A stretch of 57,870 nucleotides of DNA from Streptosporangiaceae bacterium. GTDB taxonomy: Bacteria > Actinomycetota > Actinomycetes > Streptosporangiales > JBOHCT01. The position numbers were made by a program, and so were the translations under genes. This document shows, one piece after another, positions 17,302 through 26,220 of the stretch (position 1 is its first letter; each line of letters starts with the position of its first letter). The notes beneath the pieces were generated by a model. The model saw only the letters and a program-made list of their open reading frames with translations. It did not search any database and had not been told where the DNA came from. The stretch spans positions 1 to 57,870 of the forward strand of contig JBOHCT010000001.1 of the NCBI GenBank assembly GCA_050699055.1. The letters run 5' to 3'.

Positions 17302-17649
17302 TCACGCCCCGGCGATGTGCTCGGGTCGTACGGGTACGCGGGTGAGAGGGTGGCCGGTCGCCGCGCGGACGGCGGCGACGATCGCGGGGGTCGAGGAGAT
17401 CGTCGGCGGCTCGCCGACGCCGCGCACGCCGTACGGCGCGTGCGGGTCGGCGAGCTCCAGTACGTCGAGCGTCATCGGCGGCATGTCGAGGATCGTCGGG
17501 ATGAGGTAGTCGACGCCCGCCAGCGCGGTACTCACGGTGAGGTCACTGATCTCATGCCGCGGGGTGTCGCGGGCGACGTGCACGAGGCGGACCTCCGCCT
17601 TCCCGTACTGGTTGGGGCCGAGGGCGACGCCACGTCCCACCGGAGCCAC
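17302..17649 (-). pseudogene. Chimeric remnant: uricase N-terminus (~36 codons) fused in frame to the C-terminus (~78 codons) of a xanthine dehydrogenase/aldehyde oxidase Mo-binding subunit
   Basis: LGPNQYGKAEVRLVHVARDTPRHEISDLTVSTALAG matches the uricase N-terminal signature. DYLIPTILDMPP...YGVRGVGEPPTISSTPAIVAAVRAATGHPLTRVPVRPEHI matches the XDH large-subunit C-terminus. Starts 5 nt after the uraH stop. Confidence 0.75.
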
Positions 17650-17654
17650 GGTCC

Positions 17655-17978
17655 TCAGCTCCCTCGGTAGATGGTATAGCCGTACGGGCTGAGCAACAGT
17701 GGCACGTGGTAGTGCTCGCCCTCCCCGGCGGAGAAGGAGATGGCTACCTCGGGGAAGAAGGCCCCTTCCCCGAGGTACCGCGCGGTGGCGAAGACGAGCC
17801 GGCAGGTCGCGGGCGCCTCGGGCAGCTCGGGGAGACCGCCGCAGCGGCCGTCGACGCCGGTCACCGCGCTCGCGACCCGGCGCCAGCCGTCTCCGTCACG
17901 TACCTCGAGGGTGACGGAGACACCGGCGGCCGGGCAGCCCCGCGCGGTGTCGAGGACGTGGGTCGACACGCTGGTCAT
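17655..17978 (-). CDS. uraH: 5-hydroxyisourate hydrolase (transthyretin-like)
   Basis: 107 aa. STHVLDTARGCPAAGV...HYHVPLLLSPYGYTIYRGS C-terminal signature. Confidence 0.9.
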   Translation of the reverse strand: MTSVSTHVLDTARGCPAAGVSVTLEVRDGDGWRRVASAVTGVDGRCGGLPELPEAPATCRLVFATARYLGEGAFFPEVAISFSAGEGEHYHVPLLLSPYGYTIYRGS

Positions 17979-18502
17979 TCGCTTGCCAGTCCCTCCAGCC
18001 GGAGGCGGTTGATCGTGCGTAGCTCCTCGCGTGCGACCTCCCGCTCGGTGGCGGGATCATGGTCGAGACGCGCCCGCAGGGCGGCGAGCATCTCCTCGGC
18101 CGAGCGGCCACTCGCGCGGATGAGGAACACGTGCCCGAACCGCGCCTCGTACCGGCGGTTCGCCTCCCGCAGCGCGGCCCGTACGCCCTCGCCGGTCTCG
18201 ACGGCGCCCGCCTGCTCTCGCCGCGACCTCTCGTGGTCGGCGGGCTCGCCGATGCGGGCGTGTCTGGCCAGCGCCTCGGCGAGCCCCCGCGCGTCCAGTC
18301 TGGCCACCGCCGCGTCCGACGCGGCACAAAGATCACCGGCCGATGTGTACGGCCGGGCCTCGACAAGCGTACGGACCCAGGACTCGGCCGCACACACGGC
18401 GCGCAGCGTGGCCGCCGCCTCGGCCGCCTCCGCGTCGTTCAGCGCCGACAGGCCGGGGGTGCCGGAGCTTCCCGGCCGCGGGTGGCGCGTTTCCCCTGAC
18501 AC
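17975..18502 (-). CDS. uraD: 2-oxo-4-hydroxy-4-carboxy-5-ureidoimidazoline (OHCU) decarboxylase
   Basis: HARIGEP, FGHVFLIRASGRS motifs. 4-nt overlap with uraH. Confidence 0.85.
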   Translation of the reverse strand: MSGETRHPRPGSSGTPGLSALNDAEAAEAAATLRAVCAAESWVRTLVEARPYTSAGDLCAASDAAVARLDARGLAEALARHARIGEPADHERSRREQAGAVETGEGVRAALREANRRYEARFGHVFLIRASGRSAEEMLAALRARLDHDPATEREVAREELRTINRLRLEGLASE

Positions 18503-18508
18503 CGTGCG

Positions 18509-19321
18509 TCAGCCGGCGTCGCTGGTCAGGGCGTCCGCGAGGCGCGCCGCGGTGGACTTCATCACCGGCGCGATCTGCTCCCACGTGGTCTCCGTGAGGC
18601 GGGTCGCCGGCCCGGACACGGAGATCGCCGCCATCGTCGGCGCGCCGAGCACGGGTACGGCCACGCACCGAACGCCGACCTCCTGCTCGCCGTCGTCGAG
18701 GGCGAACCCGCGCCCCCGAACGTGCTCGAGCTCACCGAGCAGGGCGTCCATATCGGCGATGGTGTGCGGCGTCTGGGACGGCATCCCGGTACGGCGCAGC
18801 AACTCCCGCACCTCCGCGTCCGGGAGCTGGGACAGCAAGGCCTTGCCGACACCTGTGCAGTGGGGCATCACCCTGCGTCCGACCTCCGTGAACATCCGCA
18901 TCGCGTGCCTTGAAGGCGCCTGGGCGACGTAGACGGCCTCGTCGCCGTCGAACATGGCGAGGTTCGCGGTCTCGCCGGTGGCCTCGACGAGCTCCGCGAG
19001 GTACGGCTTGGCCCAGTCGCCCAACATCCGGCCCGCCGCCTCACCGAGACGGATCAGTCTCGGGCCGAGCGCGTAGTTGCGGGACGACGGCTCCCTGCGG
19101 GCGAGACCCCGGCTGGTCAGCGTCCGCATGAGACGGTGGGTCGTCGGCAGCGGCAGGCCCGAGGCCGCGGACAGCTCGCTCAAGCCCATCTCGCCGCCCA
19201 CGTCGCACATCAGCTCCAGCAGATCGATGGCGCGGTCGACGGTGCGTACGGTGTGGGTGCCTGAGGTCCCCCGTCGGGCCGTGCCCTCACTGCCTCCGCG
19301 TGGGGCACCGCCTCGTGGCAT
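18509..19321 (-). CDS. IclR-family transcriptional regulator
   Basis: N-terminal wHTH VDRAIDLLELM...LSELSAASGLPLPTTHRLMRTL and a C-terminal IclR effector domain. Confidence 0.85.
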   Translation of the reverse strand: MPRGGAPRGGSEGTARRGTSGTHTVRTVDRAIDLLELMCDVGGEMGLSELSAASGLPLPTTHRLMRTLTSRGLARREPSSRNYALGPRLIRLGEAAGRMLGDWAKPYLAELVEATGETANLAMFDGDEAVYVAQAPSRHAMRMFTEVGRRVMPHCTGVGKALLSQLPDAEVRELLRRTGMPSQTPHTIADMDALLGELEHVRGRGFALDDGEQEVGVRCVAVPVLGAPTMAAISVSGPATRLTETTWEQIAPVMKSTAARLADALTSDAG

Positions 19322-19563
19322 CGTGATCCCTCCGCTGCCCGCACATCCCCTCCAAGGGACGCCGTGCGAGCCTGGAGGGAGGCCTCGGGCCGTGATCTAT
19401 CCGCTGTACGGAATCGTACTATCGCCGCTCCGGATCGCTCCGCCGAAGCGACCTGTGCAGAATCGGTAAGGGGGGAGCGCTACCTGGTGCGGGTGCCGAG
19501 GTCGGCGACGACTCGCGGGGACGCCCGCCCTCGATCGGGCGACGGAGAGGACAGGCCGGTGCG

Positions 19564-20010
19564 CTGACATTCCCCGGTGCCTTGATCGACCTCGCCGCCC
19601 GCGCGCTCGGCGGGAGCGTCGTCGCCGCGAACGACGCGTTCTTCGCCGAGAAGGAGAACCTGCTGAAGCCGCAGGCGCCCGTCTTCGACCCGTACTCCTA
19701 CGGGCACAAGGGCAAGGTCATTGACGGCTGGGAGACCCGCCGCAGACGTGCGCCGGGCCACGACTGGGTGATCGTCCGCCTCGGCGCGGCCGGTGTGGTG
19801 CGCCGGGTCGTCGTGGACACGTCGTTCTTCACGGGCAACTACCCCGAGTTCTTCACGGGCAACTACCCCGAGGAGTGCACGGTCGAGGCGTGCGCGGTGG
19901 AGGGGTACCCGAGCCCGGCCGAGCTGTCCGGCGACCGCGTCGAGTGGGTCGAGCTGATGCCCCCCTCACCCCTCGAGGGGGACGCACACAACGAGTTCGC
20001 CATCGAGGTC
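19564..20010 (+). pseudogene. Allantoicase, N-terminal fragment only (first repeat domain), with an internal 24-bp tandem duplication
   Basis: LIDLAARALGGSVVAANDAFFAEKENLLKP...DGWETRRRR...VVVDTSFFTGNYPE matches the allantoicase N-terminal half. Homology stops at about 20010. No canonical ATG/GTG start (CTG 19564 / TTG 19582). Confidence 0.7.
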
Positions 20011-20095
20011 GCGCGTCCCACAGCTCCGTCGCGGTCGGGGTGGACGAGAGCGTCGCCGTGGCCTCGCCGTCGGGCCAGGACAGTCGTACGCGCAT
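20011..20095 (-). pseudogene. N-terminal fragment (~28 codons) of a cyclophilin-like-fold protein
   Basis: MRVRLSWPDGEATATLSSTPTATELWDA resembles the start of cyclophilin-like (DUF3830 / Cyclophil_like) proteins. The rest of ORF 19853-20095 is antisense to the allantoicase fragment. Confidence 0.4.
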
Positions 20096-20169
20096 GTGGC
20101 TGCTCCTTCCCGCGCTCTTCGTTGTTTCCCTATTGTTCTCGCGATGGCCCGGCTCGGGAGGGGAAGCCG

Positions 20170-20547
20170 ATGAGCATACGGACGTTCATCAACGGCACGA
20201 CGATGTCCGGCGGCGCGACCCATCACTACCTGCGGGGCGCCCCTCTGCTCGCCCGCATCCGGACAGCGCCCAAGTACCGCCTCTATGCCGTGCGGGACTC
20301 CTTCCCCGGGCTCGTACGAGACGACGACGTGGGCGTCGCCGTGGAGGGGGAGCTCTACGAGCTGTCGTACGAGGTCATGCGGGACTCTCTGATGCCCAGC
20401 GAGCCCGCGGATCTGGAGCTCGGTCTGATCGAGGTGGAGGACGGGCGCGGGGCGTTCGCGATGTTCCTGCGTCCTGGGGTGGCGGACCGCCCGGACGTCG
20501 TCGAGATCTCCCACTTCGGCGGATGGCGAGCGTACGAGCGGCGTTAG
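20170..20547 (+). CDS. Gamma-glutamylcyclotransferase-like protein (allophanate-hydrolase C-terminal-domain family)
   Basis: [21 protein letters not shown]...[14 protein letters not shown]...GELYEL pattern. ATG 20170 lies inside the composite ORF 19582-20547. Confidence 0.6.
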   Translation: MSIRTFINGTTMSGGATHHYLRGAPLLARIRTAPKYRLYAVRDSFPGLVRDDDVGVAVEGELYELSYEVMRDSLMPSEPADLELGLIEVEDGRGAFAMFLRPGVADRPDVVEISHFGGWRAYERR

Positions 20548-20557
20548 TGTCCTGTCC

Positions 20558-21862
20558 ATGCCCACCGAGCCCGGACCCGACGCCGGCTGGGACGCGCTGC
20601 TCGACCTCGACCGGCGACACGTGTGGCATCCATACGGCCCGATGCCGTCCCCAGCCCCGGCGCTGCCCGTGACCTCCGCCCGTGGCGTGCGGCTGCGGCT
20701 CGCCGACGGGCGGGAGCTCATCGACGGCATGTCCTCATGGTGGTGCGCGATCCACGGCCACGGCCATCCGGCGATCAACGCGGCCGTGCGGGAGCAGCTG
20801 GACACGATGGCGCATGTGATGTTCGGCGGGCTCACCCACGAGCCGGCGGTCCGGATGGCCGCCCGCCTGGTGGACATGACCCCGGAGCCGTTGCGGCATG
20901 TCTTCTTCGCGGACTCCGGCTCGGTCTCGGTCGAGGTCGCGATCAAGATGTGCCTGCAGTACTGGCGCTCAAGGGGCAGTCCGGGCAAGGCGCGACTGCT
21001 GACGGTTCGCGGCGGCTACCACGGCGACACGTTCGGCGCGATGGCCGTCTGCGACCCGGTGGGCGGCATGCATCACCTCTTCACCGACACGCTTCCCCGG
21101 CACGTCTTCGCCGACCGGCCGCCGCCCGGCTTCACCGCGCCGCTGGACGACGCGTACCTCGCCCACCTCGCGGGCCTGGTCGAACGGCACTCGGACGAGC
21201 TCGCCGCCGTGATCGTCGAGCCCGTCGTCCAGGGGGCCGGGGGCATGCACTTCTACTCGCCCGCGTACGTCCGCGCGCTCCGGGATCTGTGCGACCGTCA
21301 CGACATCCTGCTCGTGCTCGACGAGATCGCGACCGGATTCGGTCGTACGGGGGCGCTCTTCGCCTGTGAGCACGCCGGCATCGCCCCGGACGTCATGTGC
21401 GTCGGCAAGGCGCTGACGGGCGGCGCGTTGACGCTCGCCGCGACGCTGTGCACGAGCCGCGTCGCCGAAGGCATCGCGGCTGGAGAGGCGGCCGCGCTGA
21501 TGCACGGGCCGACATACATGGCCAACCCGCTCGCCTGCGCCACCGCGCTCGCGAGCACCGCGCTGATCGCGGCCGGCGGCTGGCGCGTGGACGTGGCCCG
21601 CATCGAGAGCCGGCTGGCCGAGCATCTCGCGCCAGCGCGTGCGGTGCCGCACGTCACGGACGTACGGGTGCTCGGGGCGATCGGCGTGGTCCAGCTGTCG
21701 CGGCCGGTGGACGTCGCGGCTGCGACGCGGGCGTCGGTGGAACGCGGGGTGTGGCTGCGCCCGTTCCGCGATCTCGTGTACACCATGCCGCCGTACGTCA
21801 CCCCCGACGAGGATCTCGCACGGATCGGTGCGGCGGCCGTGGCCGCCGCCGGTGTCGGCTGA
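20558..21862 (+). CDS. bioA: Adenosylmethionine-8-amino-7-oxononanoate aminotransferase
   Basis: [57 protein letters not shown] (PLP lysine). Confidence 0.9.
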   Translation: MPTEPGPDAGWDALLDLDRRHVWHPYGPMPSPAPALPVTSARGVRLRLADGRELIDGMSSWWCAIHGHGHPAINAAVREQLDTMAHVMFGGLTHEPAVRMAARLVDMTPEPLRHVFFADSGSVSVEVAIKMCLQYWRSRGSPGKARLLTVRGGYHGDTFGAMAVCDPVGGMHHLFTDTLPRHVFADRPPPGFTAPLDDAYLAHLAGLVERHSDELAAVIVEPVVQGAGGMHFYSPAYVRALRDLCDRHDILLVLDEIATGFGRTGALFACEHAGIAPDVMCVGKALTGGALTLAATLCTSRVAEGIAAGEAAALMHGPTYMANPLACATALASTALIAAGGWRVDVARIESRLAEHLAPARAVPHVTDVRVLGAIGVVQLSRPVDVAAATRASVERGVWLRPFRDLVYTMPPYVTPDEDLARIGAAAVAAAGVG

Positions 21863-21981
21863 GACAGCGTCCGGGAATCGCGTGGGGGAAGTTCACAACA
21901 GGCTCTGAGACGTGGGCCGCTCGCGAGCCTCGGGTGGGGAGTAGCGTCGTGCCTCAAGGAGGACGCCGAGGGAGGACGCCG

Positions 21982-22425
21982 ATGGCCCAGGTCCGTATGG
22001 TCACAGTCCGCCGGGTGCCGGCCCCGCCCGACGACGTCTACCGGCTGGTGGCCGACTACCAACGCAGGAGGGACTACCTCACGGACAACTTCACCGACTA
22101 CGCGGTGGAGGAGGGGGGGCAGGGCGCGGGCACACGCATGCGGTATCGGCTCCACGCGGGCCGGCGGGTCCGCGACTGCCGGATGTCGGTGAGCGAGCCG
22201 GACCCCGGCCGGGTGATCGTGGAGGAGGACGCGAACTCCTCGCTGCGGACCCGCTGGGCCGTGACCGCACAGGGCGGGAGATCGAGTGTCGAGGTCGAGG
22301 TGACGTGGGACGGCGCGGGAGGCGTCGCCGGCTTCTTCGAGTCGATGTTCGCGCCGCTGGGCCTGCGACGCATCTACGACCAGGTCCTCGACAGGCTGGC
22401 CCGGGTGGCGGCGCGTTCGAGCTGA
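21982..22425 (+). CDS. SRPBCC-family (polyketide cyclase/dehydrase-like) protein
   Basis: 147 aa. Typical V.RRVPAPPDDVYRLVADY start. ATG 21982 lies within ORF 21397-22425. Confidence 0.6.
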   Translation: MAQVRMVTVRRVPAPPDDVYRLVADYQRRRDYLTDNFTDYAVEEGGQGAGTRMRYRLHAGRRVRDCRMSVSEPDPGRVIVEEDANSSLRTRWAVTAQGGRSSVEVEVTWDGAGGVAGFFESMFAPLGLRRIYDQVLDRLARVAARSS

Positions 22426-22511
22426 TCGCGGGTCGCCGCCGTGACCGGCTGGGACACGAGGTTCACAGACAGGCCCTGGGCGATGATGAGGGGGCGGGGG
22501 GGGGGCACATC

Positions 22512-23891
22512 GTGAGCTCGTCCGAGTCACGACGCGGAGGCCGTATCTGGCGTACCGTCATGCTCGTCAGCATCGCGGTCGTCACGATGGCGGCGTCCGT
22601 CGTGCCCGCCGCCGCCGACGTCGACGGCCCCAGCTCACGCGACGTCAAGAGGGCCAAGGAGCACGCCCAGCAGCGCGCCGACGACCTCGCGAGGACCCAA
22701 CACCAGGCGGAGCGGCGCGCCGAGGACGTCGGCCGCATCAAGGCGAGGCTCGCCGACGCCGACGCCCACCTGCGGGACCTCCGCGACAAGGTCGAGACGC
22801 TCGTCGAGAAGTACAACGGCGAGCGGGTCAAGCTCCAGCGGGCGAAGCACGAGTACCAGCGCACGAAGCACCGTCTGCGACGAGCCGAGTCCAACGTCGC
22901 CAAGGCGAAGCGGAGCGCGGGCCAGCTCGCCGCCGAGGCCTACCGTACGGGCGGCGCGGCGTCCAGCGTCCCCTTCCTGTTCGGCGCCAAGGGTCCGCAG
23001 GGCGTGGTCGACCGGATGAACACCCTGCGGCTGCTCGGTCAGGAACGGTCGGCCACGCTCGCGCATGTGCGGTCGACAGAGATCGTGGCGACGGTCCTCC
23101 GCGAGCAGGCCAGGGAGGCGCTCGGCGAACAGCGTGCGGCGACCCGGAGGGTCGCGCGCGCCAAGCGGGCCGCGGACGACGCCGTCGCCGCGCAGCGGGA
23201 CCAGGTCGAGAAGGCCCAGGCCACCAAGCAGAAGCTCGAGGAGAGGCTTGCGGACGCCCGCGGGCATGCCGGCACCCTCGAGGACAAGGTGACGGCGGCC
23301 CGGGCAAGGGCGAAAGATCTCGAACAGCGGCGTCAGGCGGCCATCCAGCGGGCCAAGGAACTGCGCGCGCAGCGCATCGCTGCCAAGCGAGCTGCCGAGC
23401 GAGCTGCCGAGCGGGCGGCAGAGCGGGACGCTAACGCGGAGAGCTCCTCCGGCGGATCGGGCGCGGTCCCCGCCCCCGTCGCCGGCAGCGCCGGCAGCGT
23501 CGGCGACGGGGGCACGGCGTCGGTGAGCGCGGGGGCCATCGCCGCCAACTGGGCTCTCACCCAGCTCGGAAAGCCGTACGTCTGGGCCGCGGCCGGCCCG
23601 TCCGCCTACGACTGTTCGGGCCTCACGACGCGAGCCTGGCAGCGGGTCGGGACCTACCTGCCGCACTACAGCGTCGCGCAGTACGCGTCCGGGCCCCACA
23701 TACCGCTGGACGCCCTGCGCAGGGGCGACCTCGTCTTCTTCGCAGGCGACACGTCGGATCCCTCGACCATCCACCACGTCGGCATCTACATCGGCGACGG
23801 ACAGATGGTCGAGGCGCCATACACGGGGGCCTACGTACGGGTCTCGAGCATCTGGCGGTCCGACCTGATCGGCGCCACCCGTCCCGGCTGA
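22512..23891 (+). CDS. Secreted coiled-coil NlpC/P60 peptidoglycan endopeptidase (RipA-like architecture)
   Basis: Signal peptide RIWRTVMLVSIAVVTMAASVVPAAA, long K/R/E/A coiled coil, C-terminal GKPYVWAAAGPSAYDCSGL...HHVGIYIGDG catalytic Cys/His. Confidence 0.85.
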   Translation: MSSSESRRGGRIWRTVMLVSIAVVTMAASVVPAAADVDGPSSRDVKRAKEHAQQRADDLARTQHQAERRAEDVGRIKARLADADAHLRDLRDKVETLVEKYNGERVKLQRAKHEYQRTKHRLRRAESNVAKAKRSAGQLAAEAYRTGGAASSVPFLFGAKGPQGVVDRMNTLRLLGQERSATLAHVRSTEIVATVLREQAREALGEQRAATRRVARAKRAADDAVAAQRDQVEKAQATKQKLEERLADARGHAGTLEDKVTAARARAKDLEQRRQAAIQRAKELRAQRIAAKRAAERAAERAAERDANAESSSGGSGAVPAPVAGSAGSVGDGGTASVSAGAIAANWALTQLGKPYVWAAAGPSAYDCSGLTTRAWQRVGTYLPHYSVAQYASGPHIPLDALRRGDLVFFAGDTSDPSTIHHVGIYIGDGQMVEAPYTGAYVRVSSIWRSDLIGATRPG

Positions 23892-23940
23892 TGCGCGGTG
23901 CCCTCCGCGTCGGCTGGTTGGGGGCCTGTCGCGGCACCGG

Positions 23941-24453
23941 TCAGTGCGGGCGCCCCGCGATGTGCTTGGTGCCGGATCGGCGGAGACGGTCGTACGCCGC
24001 GTGAACCTCCTTCTCGGCCTCCGCGCGTCCGACCCATGAGCCGGTCTCGACGGCCTTACCGGGCTCGAGGTCCTTGTAGGCCTCGAAGAAGTGGTGAATC
24101 TCCTGGCGGTCGAAGGCCGAGAGATCGTCGATGTCCTGGATGGCGCTCATCCGCGGGTCGGTGGCGGGCACGCAGATGACCTTGTCGTCCTGACCCTTCT
24201 CGTCGGTCATGCGGAACATCCCGATCCCACGGCACCGGATCAGGCAGCCGGGGAACGTGGGCGCGTTCAGCACGACGAGGGCGTCGAGGGGATCATCGTC
24301 GGGTGCGAGCGTGTCCTCGATGAACCCGTAGTCGGCGGGGTAGTGCATCGAGGTGAACAGCATCCTGTCGAGCCGGATGCGGCCGGTGTCGTGGTCCATC
24401 TCGTACTTGTTCCGCTGGCCCTGCGGAATCTCGACCGTGACGTCGAAGTCCAC
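23941..24453 (-). CDS. ppa: Inorganic pyrophosphatase
   Basis: 170 aa. [32 protein letters not shown]. Confidence 0.95.
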   Translation of the reverse strand: MDFDVTVEIPQGQRNKYEMDHDTGRIRLDRMLFTSMHYPADYGFIEDTLAPDDDPLDALVVLNAPTFPGCLIRCRGIGMFRMTDEKGQDDKVICVPATDPRMSAIQDIDDLSAFDRQEIHHFFEAYKDLEPGKAVETGSWVGRAEAEKEVHAAYDRLRRSGTKHIAGRPH

Positions 24454-24561
24454 CTCGACCTCCCCTCATTTGCTACCAAATCACCGCCCCGATAACTGCC
24501 TGGATAACTGCTCTGCATCGGCGGGCGGGTGGTCGGCTCATGACCCGATCTCCATCCTCTA

Positions 24562-26118
24562 GTGTCCCGTACGAGCGGGAGCGGCATTCCTCCGGAGGGC
24601 TGTGGCGTGGCGCACGGGCGGCGAGCTGTGGTGATCGTTCTTGCGCTGCTCAACGTGTTCGCGGTTGGCGCAAGCGTCGCCGTCGCCGTGCTGGCGCCCG
24701 CACCACCGCCTCCCCCACCGCGGCTCGCACAGCGCCGCGTGGTGACCCCGGCGCCTGCGCTGCGGCCCGTCGGCGAGAGCGCGCCCGTGCCGGACCCGAA
24801 GCGGCTCGCGGACGCCATGGCCGGGCCCATCGTCGACCACGCGCTCGGCTCTCCCCCCGCCGCTGTCGTGGTGGACGTCGCGACGGGACGCAGGTTGTAC
24901 GCCCACCACGCGGAGCATCCGTCCACGCCGGCCTCCACGACGAAACTCACGACCGCCACGGCCGTCCTGCGCGCGGTCGGGCCCGCCGAGCGGCTCGCCA
25001 CACGCGTGGTGCGCGGCACTGGCCCACACACGGTCATCCTGGTGGGCGGGGGAGACCCGACGCTGACGAGGACCCGCGATCCTGGCGCTTACCCGCGCTT
25101 CGCCAGCCTCGACCGGCTCGCGGCTCGGACCGTGCACGCGCTGAAGGGGACCCACACGACGACCGTGCGGCTAGGCTACGACGCGTCGCTCTACACGGGA
25201 CCGTCGACCCCGCCGACGTGGAAGCACTCCTACGTCTCCGGGGGCAACGTGGCGCCGGTCAGCGCGCTGGAACTGGATGAGGGACGGGTGCGGCCAGACG
25301 GCGACGCACGGGTCGGCAAGCCACCGAAAGCCGCGGCGGAGGCGTTCGCGGAGCTGCTCGACAAGCGAGGCATCACCGTCCGGCCGGGCATCCGGGAGCG
25401 GCACGCGCGAAGAAACGCGAAGGTCCTCGCCAAGGTGTCCTCACCTCCCGTGGCGACCCTCGTCGAGCACATGCTCACGTTCAGCGACAACGACCTCGCC
25501 GAGGCACTCGGCCGGCGCGTCGCCCTCGCCGAGGGGGAGCCGCCGTCCTTCGCCGGCGCCGCGCGGGCGATCACCTCCGTCCTCGGCGGGCTCGGCGTAC
25601 GCCGCGGCGTCGAGCTGCATGACGCCAGCGGCCTGTCACCCAAGAACGCGATCACGCCGCGCGCGCTCGTCACGCTGCTCAGGCTCGCCGCGTCGGCGCG
25701 GCATCCGAACCTGCGCCCGCTGGTCACCGGCCTTCCTGTCGCCGGCTTCTCAGGGACCCTCCGCTACCGGTACGACAGCGGCTCGGCGAAGGCCTCGCTG
25801 GGCCTGGTCCACGCGAAGACCGGCACGCTGAACGGGGTCAGCGCCCTCGCCGGGTACGCCTACGACGCCGACGGGCGGCTGCTGGCCTTCGCCTTCCTCG
25901 CGAACCACGTACAGAACGGAGGGACGTGGGCGGCCGAGGCCGCTCTCGACACGATGGCCGCCACGGTCGCGCGCTGCGGCTGCCGCGGCCACGCCTCTCG
26001 CACGCCCTCCGCTCCATCCCACGCGCCACGGTCTGAGCATCCGCGTCCTCCCTGGCGCGGTCTTTCAGACGTCTTTCCGGGTGAGATCGGGGTGTCTGCT
26101 TGTTCGCGGCACGGCTAG
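24562..26118 (+). CDS. dacB: D-alanyl-D-alanine carboxypeptidase/endopeptidase (PBP4 family)
   Basis: PASTTKL (SxxK), SDN motif FSDNDLAE, KTGTL. The C-terminal ~45 aa look like read-through into intergenic repeat DNA. Start is uncertain (24562 or GTG about 24606). Confidence 0.8.
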   Translation: MSRTSGSGIPPEGCGVAHGRRAVVIVLALLNVFAVGASVAVAVLAPAPPPPPPRLAQRRVVTPAPALRPVGESAPVPDPKRLADAMAGPIVDHALGSPPAAVVVDVATGRRLYAHHAEHPSTPASTTKLTTATAVLRAVGPAERLATRVVRGTGPHTVILVGGGDPTLTRTRDPGAYPRFASLDRLAARTVHALKGTHTTTVRLGYDASLYTGPSTPPTWKHSYVSGGNVAPVSALELDEGRVRPDGDARVGKPPKAAAEAFAELLDKRGITVRPGIRERHARRNAKVLAKVSSPPVATLVEHMLTFSDNDLAEALGRRVALAEGEPPSFAGAARAITSVLGGLGVRRGVELHDASGLSPKNAITPRALVTLLRLAASARHPNLRPLVTGLPVAGFSGTLRYRYDSGSAKASLGLVHAKTGTLNGVSALAGYAYDADGRLLAFAFLANHVQNGGTWAAEAALDTMAATVARCGCRGHASRTPSAPSHAPRSEHPRPPWRGLSDVFPGEIGVSACSRHG

Positions 26119-26220
26119 CGCGGTCTTTCAGACGCCACCCCCGGTAGTGGTACGTGTCCATGTCTGGCCGACGGGGACATACCGTGGACCAATGAGCCAG
26201 CCAGGAGACGAGGGCGACCG

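Noticed and set aside
19582-20547. 321-aa ORF taken as one gene
   Set aside because: It is a composite. The allantoicase fragment is followed by about 50 codons antisense to another gene fragment and its promoter region. A separate gamma-glutamylcyclotransferase-like gene, with its own ATG at 20170, then follows in the same frame.
23389-23424. 12-bp tandem repeat gagctgccgagc (x2 plus a degenerate third unit) as a possible CRISPR or VNTR
   Set aside because: It is in frame inside the coiled-coil region of the NlpC/P60 protein (AERAAERAAER) and has no spacers. This is ordinary low-complexity coding repeat.
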